From Hypanus sabinus (taxonomy: Eukaryota), in contig NC_082706.1 in assembly GCF_030144855.1 (NCBI RefSeq), forward strand, positions 106,392,001-106,456,000: DNA of 64,000 bases. Reading direction: 5' to 3'. The position numbers were made by a program, and so were the translations under genes. Positions 35,823-47,600 of this stretch are shown piece by piece. Position 1 is the stretch's first letter; each line of letters begins with the position of its first letter. The notes beneath the pieces were generated by a model that was not told where the DNA came from, did not search any database, and saw only the letters and a program-made list of their open reading frames with translations.

Positions 35823-36559
35823 TCGACGAGCAGCCAGTCAAACGGAACCGTCAATCCGGAGGCTGCAGCGACCCCCAGCTAGAATTGCACTTATCCAGAC
35901 ATGCCGCGCAGGAGTTGGGGCCTACTCAAGAGGTCTGCACATCTGCATGTCCGCAACTCCGTTAGAAAGACGGGCAGATTTCCGCTTCAGGGACGAAGCC
36001 GCAACCATGGCGTTGCCTATTCGTCGGTCGCCTCCTGTGGAATCTTAGGTATGAGATTCTGTGTGGCCTGGCCAGTGGTGCGGTAGGGGGATTAGCATTG
36101 CCCGTCTTCGGGAGATACTGATCTTTCGGCGCGACAAGCTGAGCGTTAGCTATGGACTTCCCAGTCCTCGAACCCGCTACTCACAAACGGGAAATACTTG
36201 AGACAGACAGTTTGGCTGACATGTGCATCTCGGTGCGGATTGCACGCAATTTCCAGTTCAGTTTCAGATTTATTTATCACATGCTAAAGGGTCACCATAA
36301 CATCATGGACCGAAGGGCCTGTACGGTGCCTTGTTTTTCTCTGTTCTACAGCATGGAAGGTCCTCACCGAGAGCACTTTTTGTGCTCTTGATACTCTCGG
36401 CAATTCTTCCAGAGTTTTACAATATGGAGAGGCGGTGCTTTATCAGCCAATGAAAGATGGTAGGTAGCAATCAAAAGGATGTTTCTTGACAGTTTGACCT
36501 TAAACAAAGAACCTTTGTGGGATCTGGAGCCAACGCAGGGGACACAAACATTTACCACA

Positions 36560-36900
36560 CTCGGATGCTAACTCTGTGAGGTATGAGGTACACACACATT
36601 GTGATAGAGGAACCTGGCGCTTGACTGTAAGTAAGGTAAGTTGACTAGACACTTCCACATATGGCACCGGAGCGATATGATTCACATACCGCAGGAAATG
36701 TGGACCAAGTTGACCTGGGATGCATGCTGGAGTGCACTCATCACGAACATTGCAGGAACCTGCCGCACTGTCATGGGCATCGTGCAGGTTGCATAAGAAC
36801 ACGGTTTTGAATTTCTTCACCTGGCAATGAATGATCGAGCTAACTGGACACATGCTTTGAGACAAGACAACATCCTGACTGCAGTAATGAACACTTGTGG
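36560..36900 (-). mobile_element. Ancient L2/CR1-like RT fossil (paralog about 63250-63560)
   Basis: IIHCQVKKFKTV and CIPGQLGPHFLRYVNHI are eroded versions of the 'DLKKAFDTV' and 'GIPQGSILGPLLFLLYVNDI' RT motifs. Confidence 0.45.
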
Positions 36901-36976
36901 TGAAGAACCACCTTTGTCTTTAGCCAAGCTGCCTTCATACAGTTATAACATTGACGCATTAGGTGGAAAATTACGT

Positions 36977-37275
36977 GCAACGAGAAACTAGCGATTAGCA
37001 CGATGTTATTCCAACTCAGGGATTCGGAGTTTGGAGTTCAGGTCTGGTGTTGCCTGTAAGGAGTTTCTGTAGGTCCTCTCTGTGGAATGTATGGCCTTTC
37101 CCCGAGTGCCCCGGTTTCCTCTCACTGTCGAAAGACGATCCGAGTAGGTTAACTGATGATTGCCAATTATCATGGCTATGTTATGTTAGGGTAAATCGGG
37201 GCTGCCAGGGGTTCCTGTGGCTGCATGACTTGAAGGGCCGGGTGGGCCTCATCTGCACTGTATCACTAAATGAAC
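36977..37275 (+). mobile_element. HE1-like tRNA-derived SINE
   Basis: tRNA-like head, core ctgtaaggagttt...ccccggtttcctc, CR1-like tail gggcc...ctgcactgtatcactaaat; paralog 63602-63895. Confidence 0.75.
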
Positions 37276-38420
37276 AAATACAATTACCTACAGATGCGCT
37301 GTTCATATAAAGCCTGGCAAATCCAACCTGGCTACTTACAACACAAAACATGAGCAAAATAACTGTATTCTTTGAGGCGAGTGAGACTGCTTTTGATAAC
37401 AGGACAGTAGTTGGTTTAGTGTAGCTCACAGGAGGCCTGACAAAAACTCAAGTCAATGGGCGTTACGTGAACAAAGCTCCAAGGACTGGAATAATAAATC
37501 ATTGAAAGAAGGGTGGTTGAAAGTCTTTTCCTAGACCTGTACATTTTCTGTTGATTGATTAATAAACTTTCTACATTATTACACGTGTACAGACAATGCC
37601 GATGTCCAACAAGTGTTTCCAATTAGCTACCCTTGATATTCAATGACAGAAATACAACGGGATCAGCCACACAAACACTGGAACAACACGTATGGCCGCA
37701 GAAAATGAATCTCAGGGTTGCATATGCTGACTGATAATAAATTTTAATTTGTACTTTGAACTTTGAATGTGCCGGGTATTCTGGGTTAAACAACACATTT
37801 CAAATACTTTCTTTTGTCTGTAAAGCAAATTATGGTGTGACGACGTACTTCCCATTTAGGGGAATTCTTCGTCTACCTGCACCCTTAACTCCGGGTGGAG
37901 TCGTCGGGGCGCCTTGCACCAGTCTGTTCCAACTGTCACGGTTGTGCGCCAGGGCCTAGGTAAATTAAAATGTTTTCCCTGTCCATTCGTTAATGTCCGT
38001 CCATCTTTTTCTCTATCCGCCTCTCCTTCTTTTCCCCTTCACAATTCCTTGTAGAACGGTCTTTGCAAGGCCTCCGGATCTTGTTTAGGTGAATGAGCTT
38101 GCTTGAAAGAACTTCAATGAAGCTCAAAGCCATCCAAAACAAAGCAGTTCCTTTCATTAACAACAACCATCTGCTCTGAAGATTCATTCTTGTGACCTGC
38201 TACACTGAATATTTGTAACACATGCGGGCTACTAATTGCACTGCAATTACTTACCCAGGTTACTCTGACAACACCTCTCCAACTCACGGTCTACCACCAA
38301 GAAAGATTAAGGCAGCTATATCTATTGTTACGATTCACATATCTCACATGTTATGCCATGGGTAAAGGTGTCTAGGACTACTTTCACAAATAATTTGAAG
38401 ATTGCTTCACCAAAGAGTGT

Positions 38421-38580
38421 GGCGGCATAGTAGCACTGGGTTCAACTTCCGCCGCTGCCTGTAAGGAGTTTGCATTTTCTCTCCGTTCCCCCAGGTACTT
38501 TACTTTCCTCCCACATTGCAAAGACGTGCCGGTTGGTAGGTTATTTGGTCACTGTAAATTATCCCGTAACTAGTATAGGA
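38421..38580 (+). mobile_element. HE1-like SINE, truncated
   Basis: ggcggcatagtagcactgggttcaacttccgccgctgcctgtaaggagtttg...ttcctcccacattgcaaagacgtg. Confidence 0.7.
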
Positions 38581-39168
38581 TTAACTCGGAGATTGCGCGA
38601 AGTGCTGGAAGGGGCGATTCAGCGCTATCTCACAATCAATAAAAAAAGGAGAGCAAAGACGCTTGATCTCCTGACGGAAAACTGGCCAGGGCGAGTTACC
38701 GTTGGAGGGTCGCGGGAAACATTGCGACCACTGACTCTTTGTTTTTATATGATTTTGGAAAAAGATAGGATTGACCATTAAATTAAAGTACTAGATTGGT
38801 AAAAGGCTAATTTTGAACGCATTAGACGGGATTCTGCAAAAGTTGATTATGAGAAGCTGTTTTACTGGTACGGGAAGTGGCAGGTGTCTAAACATCTGAT
38901 AGGAGGGTTCGGGGACAGCATAAGGCATAGGAGCAGAAGTAGATCATTTGGCCCATCGAGGCTGCTCCACTATCCATCATCGTTGATTTATTAACCCCTC
39001 TCAATGGCATTTCCTGACCATACCGTAACCTTTGATGCCCTTACTAATAAAGAACCTGTTCTGAAACATATCCACGTTACAAAACGGAAGGTGCTGGATT
39101 GCATCAAGGTGGATGTACTGCCAAGGCCAGACAAGTGCATTCTATGACATTGCGTAAAGACAGGAAGA

Positions 39169-39424
39169 GGCACGGTAGTGTAGAACAACGATTTACAGCA
39201 CAGTTGAGTCGGGTTCAAGTCCCGCCTCTGCCTGTAAGGAGTCTGTACGCTCTCCAGGTGCTGCGCTTTCTTCCTACATTCCAAAGCAGGTTACTCCTAA
39301 CCCTAACTGTAAGCCTACGTTCTTTCGTGATGAGGCCAAGAATAATTCGGGGATTGTCGGGCGACGCGGCCTGAATGGCTGGAAGAGCCCGTTCCGCGTT
39401 GCATCTCAATAACAAATAAATAAA
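39169..39424 (+). mobile_element. HE1-like SINE
   Basis: ggcacggtagtgtag (A box)...gggttcaagtccc (B box)...ctgtaaggag... with an aataaataaac tail. Confidence 0.75.
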
Positions 39425-40663
39425 CAAATTGTCGGGGACCTGGCAGAGATATTTCTATAACTGTTAGCCACGGGTGAGGTAACAGAAGAGTATAAGGCGG
39501 CTAATGTGTTTGTTTGAGAAGTGATGTAAGGACAAACTAGGCAATTACGAAGGGGAGGGCGAAGCTAAGATCAGAGCCGGGAAATTTACAAGAAGTTACG
39601 GAATAAACCAGGAATTGGGCTTGAAACGGCTCATCGGAATAATCAGCATGATTTTGTGCGTGGGATATCAAGTTAAGAAATTAATTCTTTGAAGAGATGA
39701 CCAAGGGAATCAAGGAGAGCAGGGTGTTAAAATTGACCAATTTGGTATTAGGAAGTTTTAACAAGATTCCTCATGGCACAATGGTCCAGAAGATCAGATA
39801 ACATGAGATTAAGTATAGGAGAGTCACCTGCATATAGACTTAGCCTGATATTAACAGTCCAAGTGTGGTGTGGAATTTGGCCATTGGTGTTCCACAGGAA
39901 CCGTGCTGGTCCATTATTATTCATCACGGTCAGTATGGACGGGTTGTGCAGAAGGGCCCGTTTCCGGGCTGCGGAATCCCACGAGTCTATGACTCTAACC
40001 CGGGTAAATAGAAGGAGATTAGGGGAATCAAAAGATGGGAAAGCGGCGCCAGACTTGAAGGTCAGACATGATCTTTATGACCAAGGAACAGGACGAAGGA
40101 CGGACTGATCCGCTCCCATTTCCCCTCATTTTATGTTCCCATCCCTGTGGAGTGCAGCGTCAGCCCTCAGAATCTGAAGCGAGAACGTTGTAATCACTCA
40201 GCGGGTCAAGTATCACCCATCCGCTATCCGTCGCTCTGGAGATTTCAGAGCTTTGAATGATCGGCACTAATGAGGGAGAAAATGAGAGACGGGAAATAAG
40301 AAAGGAATGTCGGAGGCAGAGCGAGGGCAAGTAGGGAAGAAGAGACCCGGTTAAGGGCTAAAGTTATTTCTTTCCTGGTGCAACCTGCCTTCTCGTGGAT
40401 CGGACCTCGGAGACAGAGGTTGCATAAATTTTAATATGACAGATTACGTATTCCAAAGTTCTACATTCACAGACTGGCGACAGAAACCACTGCTGTTCGC
40501 CCCTCTCTGATGGGAAAAGGAAGGACGAATGAAAGTGTAAATGAAGGTGAAGGTGGAGGACACACTGCGCAGCCGCGAAACAACCTGCCTGTATCCGGGC
40601 ACTTGCTAATTAAATCTCACGACACTGTGAGAAGAGCCAGTCCCCCGGAATTTTCACCGCCGC

Positions 40664-41070
40664 ATTATATCTCTCTGTTCACTGCTTACCACCCTGGCGC
40701 TTTCCCTCGCAAGTATGTCCACCACCGCTCCAGTTTTTTCTTTCAAAACAGCGTGGCTTCAGTGTCTTTTATTTGCAGCTGGATATCTGGCCGAGGAATT
40801 GAAGATGCCTCAGATTTCTATCACGAAGCCAGAGACGACGACGGTGAAGATACTGTGCGAGGCAGGGGCACTCGATGACATCCACTGGTACCAGCAACTC
40901 GCCAACCAGGCACCCAGAAGGATCCTGCGCTTTAGCAAAGGGCGAATGGAGCGGGATCCGGGAGTGTCCGCCAAGTTCTCAGCCGAGGGCAGTGACTCTT
41001 TCTTCTCTCTTGTGATTGACAACATTGCCTTGACAGATGCCGCCATCTATTACTGCGCTCGCTGGGTCGG
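40664..41070 (+). pseudogene. TRGV: TCR gamma V segment V3, leader lacks ATG (leader 40664-40712, intron 40713-40778, V exon 40779-41070)
   Basis: ATT-ATA-TCT... encodes (I)(I)SLCSLLTTLALSLA/TGYLAEE; in-frame TGA upstream at 40628; GTATGT donor, TTTGCAG acceptor; V exon open, ILC...IHWYQQ...DAAIYYCARW. Confidence 0.8.
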
Positions 41071-41109
41071 CACAGTGTGAAACGACGGCAGAAAGGCGAT
41101 ACAAAAACC
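41071..41109 (+). other. Consensus 23-RSS of V3
   Basis: CACAGTG + 23 nt + ACAAAAACC (perfect). Confidence 0.97.
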
Positions 41110-42026
41110 CTCAGTCTCCCCTGCCGCTCGATTGCTCCGCCGGGGATAGGAAACTTTGTGTCAATGACCGGAGATGTAGGCAGCGTTCCCACTAAATAAA
41201 AGGAATGTTATTCTATTCAGGGATCCAGTGCTGAAGCGGGAAGAGGCACGTGGTTCAGAATACACAGGTGCGGCAGGTCTTCAGAACAACTGACGGAAGA
41301 TAGTTGTTTATTACAAGCGCAATTTACTATAAAGTTAGCGAAGTTATACCCTGTATACGAAGCCACACCTGGAATATCGTGTCCAGCATTCGTCAAGTCA
41401 TTTAAGAATGTCAATTATCTAGAAGCAGTTCGGAGAGGGTTCACTGAAACGACGGGGAAAAGGGATGGACTCACATGACCTGAGTTTTGAATAGTAAGAG
41501 TAATAGTAATTACTCTTATTAAAAAATACTAATTTTTTTTAATAGTAGTTCATGAAACCGTAATATTCGCTGATCAATGTAGACAGTAGAGATCAATGTA
41601 GAGAGGATGTTTCTATTCGTGGGAGAGCCTAGAATGGGAGTCAGTGTTGAATGGTTGTTGTCCATTAACGACAGAGTTGAAGAGAGAGTTTCTCTCGAAA
41701 ATCTGTGACTCCTGGGAGATCCTGAGTAAACAGGACCTTTGAACAATTTGAAGGTAGAAAAAGATTAATTATAGATAAGTGACAGCGTGAAGGTTTACCC
41801 CGGGCAGTCGGAATAAGGAATTGAGTGTGATCTCTACGAGGCATAACAGAAAGCTGCAGCGACAGGTGATTTCAAGCAGAGACGCTAAGTGCGTGGACAA
41901 GAATTCACCTCGGCATCAGACTGGAACTCCTGCGCACAGCGGCTGGGTCGGGCTTCAGGGCCATGTGGGTGGGGTGAGATCCCGATTGAAATTCAGCGCC
42001 GAGTCTGCATTGGAAAGGACAGGACG

Positions 42027-42064
42027 TGACGTCATAGCGCCAAAAGGAAGCTGCAATTTGCAGC
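42027..42064 (+). promoter_or_regulatory. Putative V4 promoter: CRE palindrome and adjacent 15-bp palindrome
   Basis: TGACGTCA 42027-42034, about 100 bp upstream of the ATG; GCTGCAATTTGCAGC 42050-42064. Confidence 0.55.
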
Positions 42065-42134
42065 ATCAAGAAGGAGTGAAGCGGTTGGTGGGATCTCAGT
42101 CACCCGGATCTACGCGACGTTCTATCTCCCCAAC

Positions 42135-42576
42135 ATGAAGGTGTTGCTGACCGTCATTTTATTGACCTCCTTTCTCGGTCAGTGTTTCGCATTTTAATCC
42201 CTGTTTCCCTTCGCCCTTCGTCGCCACTCTGTGGAATAATTGTCACGTTGTATTATTTTCTCCGACAGGTCAAGTGGCGCTTCAGATATTGACACAGGCT
42301 CAATTATCGATCACCAGGGCTCCGACAAAACCTGTTCACTTTTACTGTGATGTTCAACAAATCGACTTTGCGGAAGCTGTTATACATTGGTACCGGCAGA
42401 GGCCGGGTGAAGGCCTGCAGCGGCTATTATATTTTAAGAATTCATCCGACACTCAGAAGGATGTGGCTGACGAACGATTAATTGCGAGCAAAGTACCTGA
42501 GACTCAATCGTGCACTCTACTCTTATCGAGCATAAACGTGGATGATGCTGGCACCTACTACTGCGCTTACTGGCTA
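42135..42576 (+). CDS. TRGV: TCR gamma V segment V4 (leader 42135-42177, intron 42178-42268, V exon 42269-42576)
   Basis: MKVLLTVILLTSFL/GQVALQILTQAQLSITR...FYC...VIHWYRQRPGEGLQRLLYF...DDAGTYYCAYW; strongly TRGV-like FR1/FR2; no stops. Confidence 0.92.
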
Positions 42577-42615
42577 CACAGTGGCGAAATGCGAAGGGAA
42601 GCCAGTACAGAAACC
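42577..42615 (+). other. 23-RSS of V4
   Basis: CACAGTG + 23 nt + ACAGAAACC. Confidence 0.95.
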
Positions 42616-42929
42616 CAACGGGTACCTTGTGCATAACGTGTTCACCGATTCCAGACCAAGTAACAGGTGTTGTGCCTCACGATCTCCACGAACACCTGCG
42701 TTTAACGAATGCTATTCGTTGTTTAAAACCGCGGTGCAATTTGCATTTTACTTTGTAGCTTCGCTGAACAAAGCTGTTTGAAATAATTTTGCGATGGACT
42801 ATTAACGTTCATCCAAATTTCATGAATGAATATGAGTCAAGAGTCTGTAAAGCTACTGACGTTCAAAGAAAACTTGATCGCGTGATCACAATGAGCCAAA
42901 ACTCCAGTCCAATTATCCTTGATCTGAGT

Positions 42930-43870
42930 TAGGGTTATGAAGTTGTACAGTACACAAACCGATCATTCGGGCCGTTTTCTCAACTGCTTTTATCCCACTC
43001 GCCCGCCTTTCAGAGTTATCTAGCACAGAAACATCCTTCTTCACAATTCATTCATTGTGACCAGCACTATAGCTGTGCCCCACACGATTTTATATACCTC
43101 TATATCTCTTCCAAAGCCTCCTACTCTCTCGGGATAAAACCTGACTCTATCCAGACCCTCCATATAACAAATGCTTATGTCCCATTAACATCCTTGTGAA
43201 CCTTCTCTGCATAAGGGCATCCTTCCTATAGCGACGGGGTGAGAAATGAACAGCATACTCAAAACACGAGATAATCTGCAGATGCTGGAAATCCAAAGTC
43301 CGGTCTCAGCCCCAAAAGTCGAGTGTTTACTCTTTTCCATAGATGCTGCCTGGCCTGTTAAGTTCCATCAGCATTTTGTGTGAGCTATCATACTCCAAAT
43401 GTAGTTCTAGCAATATTTTGTAAAATTTATTTTATCGCAACTGTTGTTATCAGCGAACTAAATAGTGATAGACTGCGTGACAAATGAAGACTTTGCAACC
43501 CTATCCTTCTGTGTTTCCGCCTTCAGGGAACTGTACGGTTGTGCCCCTCGATCCCTCTGCTATACCTTGTCCTGCTTTAAGTTACCAAAATGCAACATTT
43601 CAAATCTCCTCGAGTTAAATTCTATCTGCTATTCCTCGACCTATTTCACAAGTCGATCTAGATCCTCTTGTAATGTTACAAAACTTTCTAAGCTGACCGA
43701 TTACAACCTTGATGCAAACTTACTAAACATGCCATCTGCATTCTGGTCCATTTTCAAGTTGCCGATGATGAATAATAGGGCCCCCAAAATCCCCAAGGAA
43801 CTCTATTCCTGTGCTTCCAAGTAATACTCTGTGCCTATTTGCTGCACATTCTTGTAACCAGAACAATTGT
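42930..43870 (-). mobile_element. Decayed CR1 3' fragment with a small Penelope-like insert (about 43260-43385)
   Basis: Reverse CR1 tail motifs (cattcgggccg..., ctatccagaccctccatat, ccttctctgc); insert gcagatgctggaaatccaaag...gatgctgcctggcctg. Confidence 0.6.
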
Positions 43871-44689
43871 CCAAGAGATTTGAGGTGTCTTGTTTGAGGC
43901 GGTGTTCCATGGAGTGAACAAGGCTAAACCTACTATTAAAGGTAATTTCACATTTTATATAGGGAAATACTAAATAGTAACACATAAGACCTCGCGATAG
44001 TACTGTGTAGAAGTCTTAGGCACATATATATTTTAAAACGTTATGCAATTCGTTTATGATATGAGAATAATAATTGATATGATAGAGGTTAACTGTAAAG
44101 AACATACCATCAACGAACAATATAGCAAACGACAAACAGTACTAAGTTGAGAAAACTCATGGTAATATGAGATGGCAGGAACTATTCATGCCATATAAAT
44201 TTTATCTGTGCAATGTGACAAATTAGAAAGATGAAAACATTCAAAAATGCGTACTGCATTGTAGTTAGAGCAATGACTTATGGATAGCATTTCCTGCAGA
44301 ATGACAGGACAAACATACAGAGGGGAGATGATACTACGCAGACACCTGGAAATGTGCAATTGTTACCAGTGTTATTTGGACTGAAATAATCCGGAAATTT
44401 CTGCAATTTACTGAAACTAAAATATGATTATCAGGATGCAGCTTAGTTGTAGTTGTAGAAAAGCAGCAGTTATTAATCCTTTGACTTTGTTCTTGATTTT
44501 ATTTTTGTTGGTTTACCTGACGTTGCCAAGAATTTGATTAGGCTCTGAGAGATTGACTTTGGGTCATAATTTCAGTCACTATGCCCTGCGTTTTATTTCT
44601 TCAGGGAGTAATACATTTCCAATGTAGCCGATTTCATCTTCACAGCGCTAATGAACACATACAAGAAAATGTACCACAATTGGGAAGTG

Positions 44690-47600
44690 GGAAATGTGTT
44701 TCTCGGTGGAGGGTTTCAACACTTTCTATTGTGGACAGGGCACAGCGAATATAGAAGTGCCTCATCGGCTGTGCGATCGTGATGCTCTCAAAACAATCAA
44801 TACCGTATCCACTGTATCCAGTAGGCTTCAGAGATGATGCTGAGATTATCAAAGTTTATATTTGAAAAGTGGTGTTCAGAAAAGAAGAAACACGTTGCTT
44901 TTGCAGATGCTGTCACAGAAATGATCTGCCTGGTGCCAGCATCTGGACTTTAACACATGAGCAGAACTCAACGTTTCAAGAATAGCTTCTTACCCTCCGC
45001 CATCAGATTTCTGAATGGATAATCAACCCATAAACACTATCTCAGTATTTCTCCTCTCTTTTTGCACTATTTATGCCACTTACGGAGTCTTTTATATATA
45101 CTCCTTATTGTAATGTATAGTTTTTATTATTATGTGTTTTACTGTATAGCTGCCGCAAAACAACAAAATTATGCCGGTGATATTAAACTCGATTCTGATT
45201 CTGAACTGGATCAGTGTGAAATAATTTTCCTGGAGATGCAAGTCGGGGATACGATTATTGCGGATTTTCCAGCTCAACCACAAATAGGAGGTGTTATTCA
45301 GCAAAGATCTCCCAAGGATAGGGTGTGGAGAATAGAGGGAAGGACATCTTACCATTCTGCAAAGGATATAGATGCATTGAGTGAAAGGGCCAAAATCTGG
45401 CAAATGGAATGTGCGGAGTGTTAGATCATGAGCTTTATTAAGAGGCATCAAAAGATAGATCATTGTCCAAATAGAGTGGTACTGCAAATGAGTGAAGTAC
45501 AGAGGGACTGAGATGTTTATGTGCATGTATTGCAAAATGTTAGGAGACAGTCGCTTGCAGAATGTTACCAGATAGTCGAGAAAGCATATTGCATTTTGGT
45601 GGGAGGTTTTGTTGCAGTTGTCCAGGGTCATACCTTGAATACTATGCATGGCTTTTTCCACCCCCCCCCCCCCACCTGTAAAGGGATATAATAACAGTGA
45701 TGGAGATCCGGAGGGGTTTCAGCAGGCTAATTCGTGGTATGAAAGATTTGGATCTGTATTTCTTAGAATTAGTGAAAATGAGGAGTGACCTTATTGAGAC
45801 ATATAAGATGGGACAGATATTGAGAGAGTTTCAATACTGTGGGCAGCCTGCGAGTGTAACCACACATCCGTTGCCAACGTAGCATGCCCACAATGCTCAG
45901 CAGGACACAGTAAAACAGAACACAACAGTCAAAAAATCAACAACAGAAACCAAGCTCAATTCCTCCCTCCCACCATGTTCATATAGTCTTCTATCCCCAA
46001 GACTGTCCATATTTCTCAGCCTCCAGACTCCAGAAGGCTCAGAAGACTCGGATACATAGACATTAGGCCTTGGACAATCCAAGTGAACTCCCAGAGATTT
46101 GCAGGCCCAGGGCTCTGTCTGATTGGCCTTGACTCCAGGCTTCTGATTCGACCGTTGAGCTTTGATTATAAGCATCGATATTAGACATAATTAAGTTATA
46201 GATAGATTCATATTTCAAAGATCAAGAAATAGTGCGTTATTGGGAACAGTCACAGAAGAGGAGCTGAGACCAGCATTAGGATCAAACTAGTTATTCATTC
46301 AACACAGGGGAAGAAGGATAGCTCGAAGATGATAGCTGAAGGCACATTGAGGTTTTTGATGTAAAGAGCCTTTACTTCAAAATGTATTTATATCAACACT
46401 CTGTCTCCCTTTTACTTATTCTCTTCTCCTCACTTGCCTATCACCTTCCCCTGGTGCCCCTCCTTCTTCCATTTCTCCTTCTTCCCTCTTACCTTCCTTT
46501 CTTTCCAGCCCTTTACCTTTCCCACCCACCTGCGTTCACCCATTACCTTCTTGCAATCCTCCTTCCACTGCCTCCTTGCCTTTAAATTCTGGCGACTTCT
46601 CCCTTCCTTTCCAGTCCTGATGAAGAGTGTGGACTGGAAATATCCACTGTTAATTCATTTCCAGAGATGCTACCTGACCTGCTGAGTACCTCCTGCATTT
46701 TGTGTGTGTTGTTTTGGTTTTCCAGCATCCGCAGAATTTCTCATTCCATAGAGACGCCTCGTAAGATCAAAGATGGCGTCACAAACTGGTGGAAGTCAGG
46801 ATGGTAAGAGCAATGGGTGGCGTGAATATTTATTAGTAGAATGTGCTGGAAAGGCAGGGAATGCTGGAAGTGGATAAGACACCTGGTCCAGATGGCTTGC
46901 ATCCAGAATTGCCGAGGAAACCGGAGTCAGACAATACAGAGGGGTACCCTCATCTTCCAATACCCCAGGGTAACGGAGCTAGAGGAATGTGACGCCTTTG
47001 ATTAGGAAAAAGTGGATGCATATTCCTAGAAACCATTGACCAATCAGTCTGACAGCAACATCGGTAAAAATTAGCAACAAAGTTAAAGAAAAAAATCAAC
47101 AGGCACTTTGCGGAGGAGAATGCAGGTGAGCGAGCACTGGCCTGTAAAATGCAAAGTGGATTTAATTAATATAACTGATTTTTTATAAAGTAATAGAGAA
47201 GCTGATGTAAGTCCATTGAACTAAAAAGTTAGCTCTATTTCTCTGCGCTAATATAATCTAATCAGCTGAATTGTTTTCACAACTTTGAGCAGAGGCCAAT
47301 CAGAGTGAGAAGACAAAGCTCACTCGGGTTCGCCAATTGAGTACATAAGGCATCGATTCGTGGCTGTTTGTTTTCTGAACAGTGGCCAGTTAGCGATTGA
47401 GATTGATTGGCAAGAACAAATTAAAATAAGACAGGGGCAAGCGGATGGGAACCAGAGCACCTGAGCGGATAGTGGAGAGGATGTGGAAACAGATTGTTAA
47501 GACCTCAGACGAATTCAGGGATTAAAAGGTTAATCATAGAGAAACTAAAATTCTGAGCTGCATATATTTCAATGCAAGTTGTATTGTAGGAAAGGTAGAT

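Larger units (their letters stand above)
15850..37380 (+). repeat. Segmental duplicon D1 (paralog of D2, 49730-64000)
   Basis: Colinear anchors: cccctagtggttacag 15884/49762; ggcaccttatcgaaca about 20170/50527; gatccaatctacaca 24613/51638; V2/V5; gttcatataaagcc about 37308/63919. Confidence 0.85.

Noticed and set aside
36500-36865. Conserved minus-strand ORFs downstream of V2 and V5 (also 63162-63626) as a host gene
   Set aside because: Better explained as an ancient RT fossil copied by the segmental duplication; frames differ between the copies.
40623-40629. CACTGTG upstream of V3 as a J-type or inverted RSS (also 22736-22742)
   Set aside because: No GGTTTTTGT-like nonamer at 12 or 23 nt and no FGxG exon follows.
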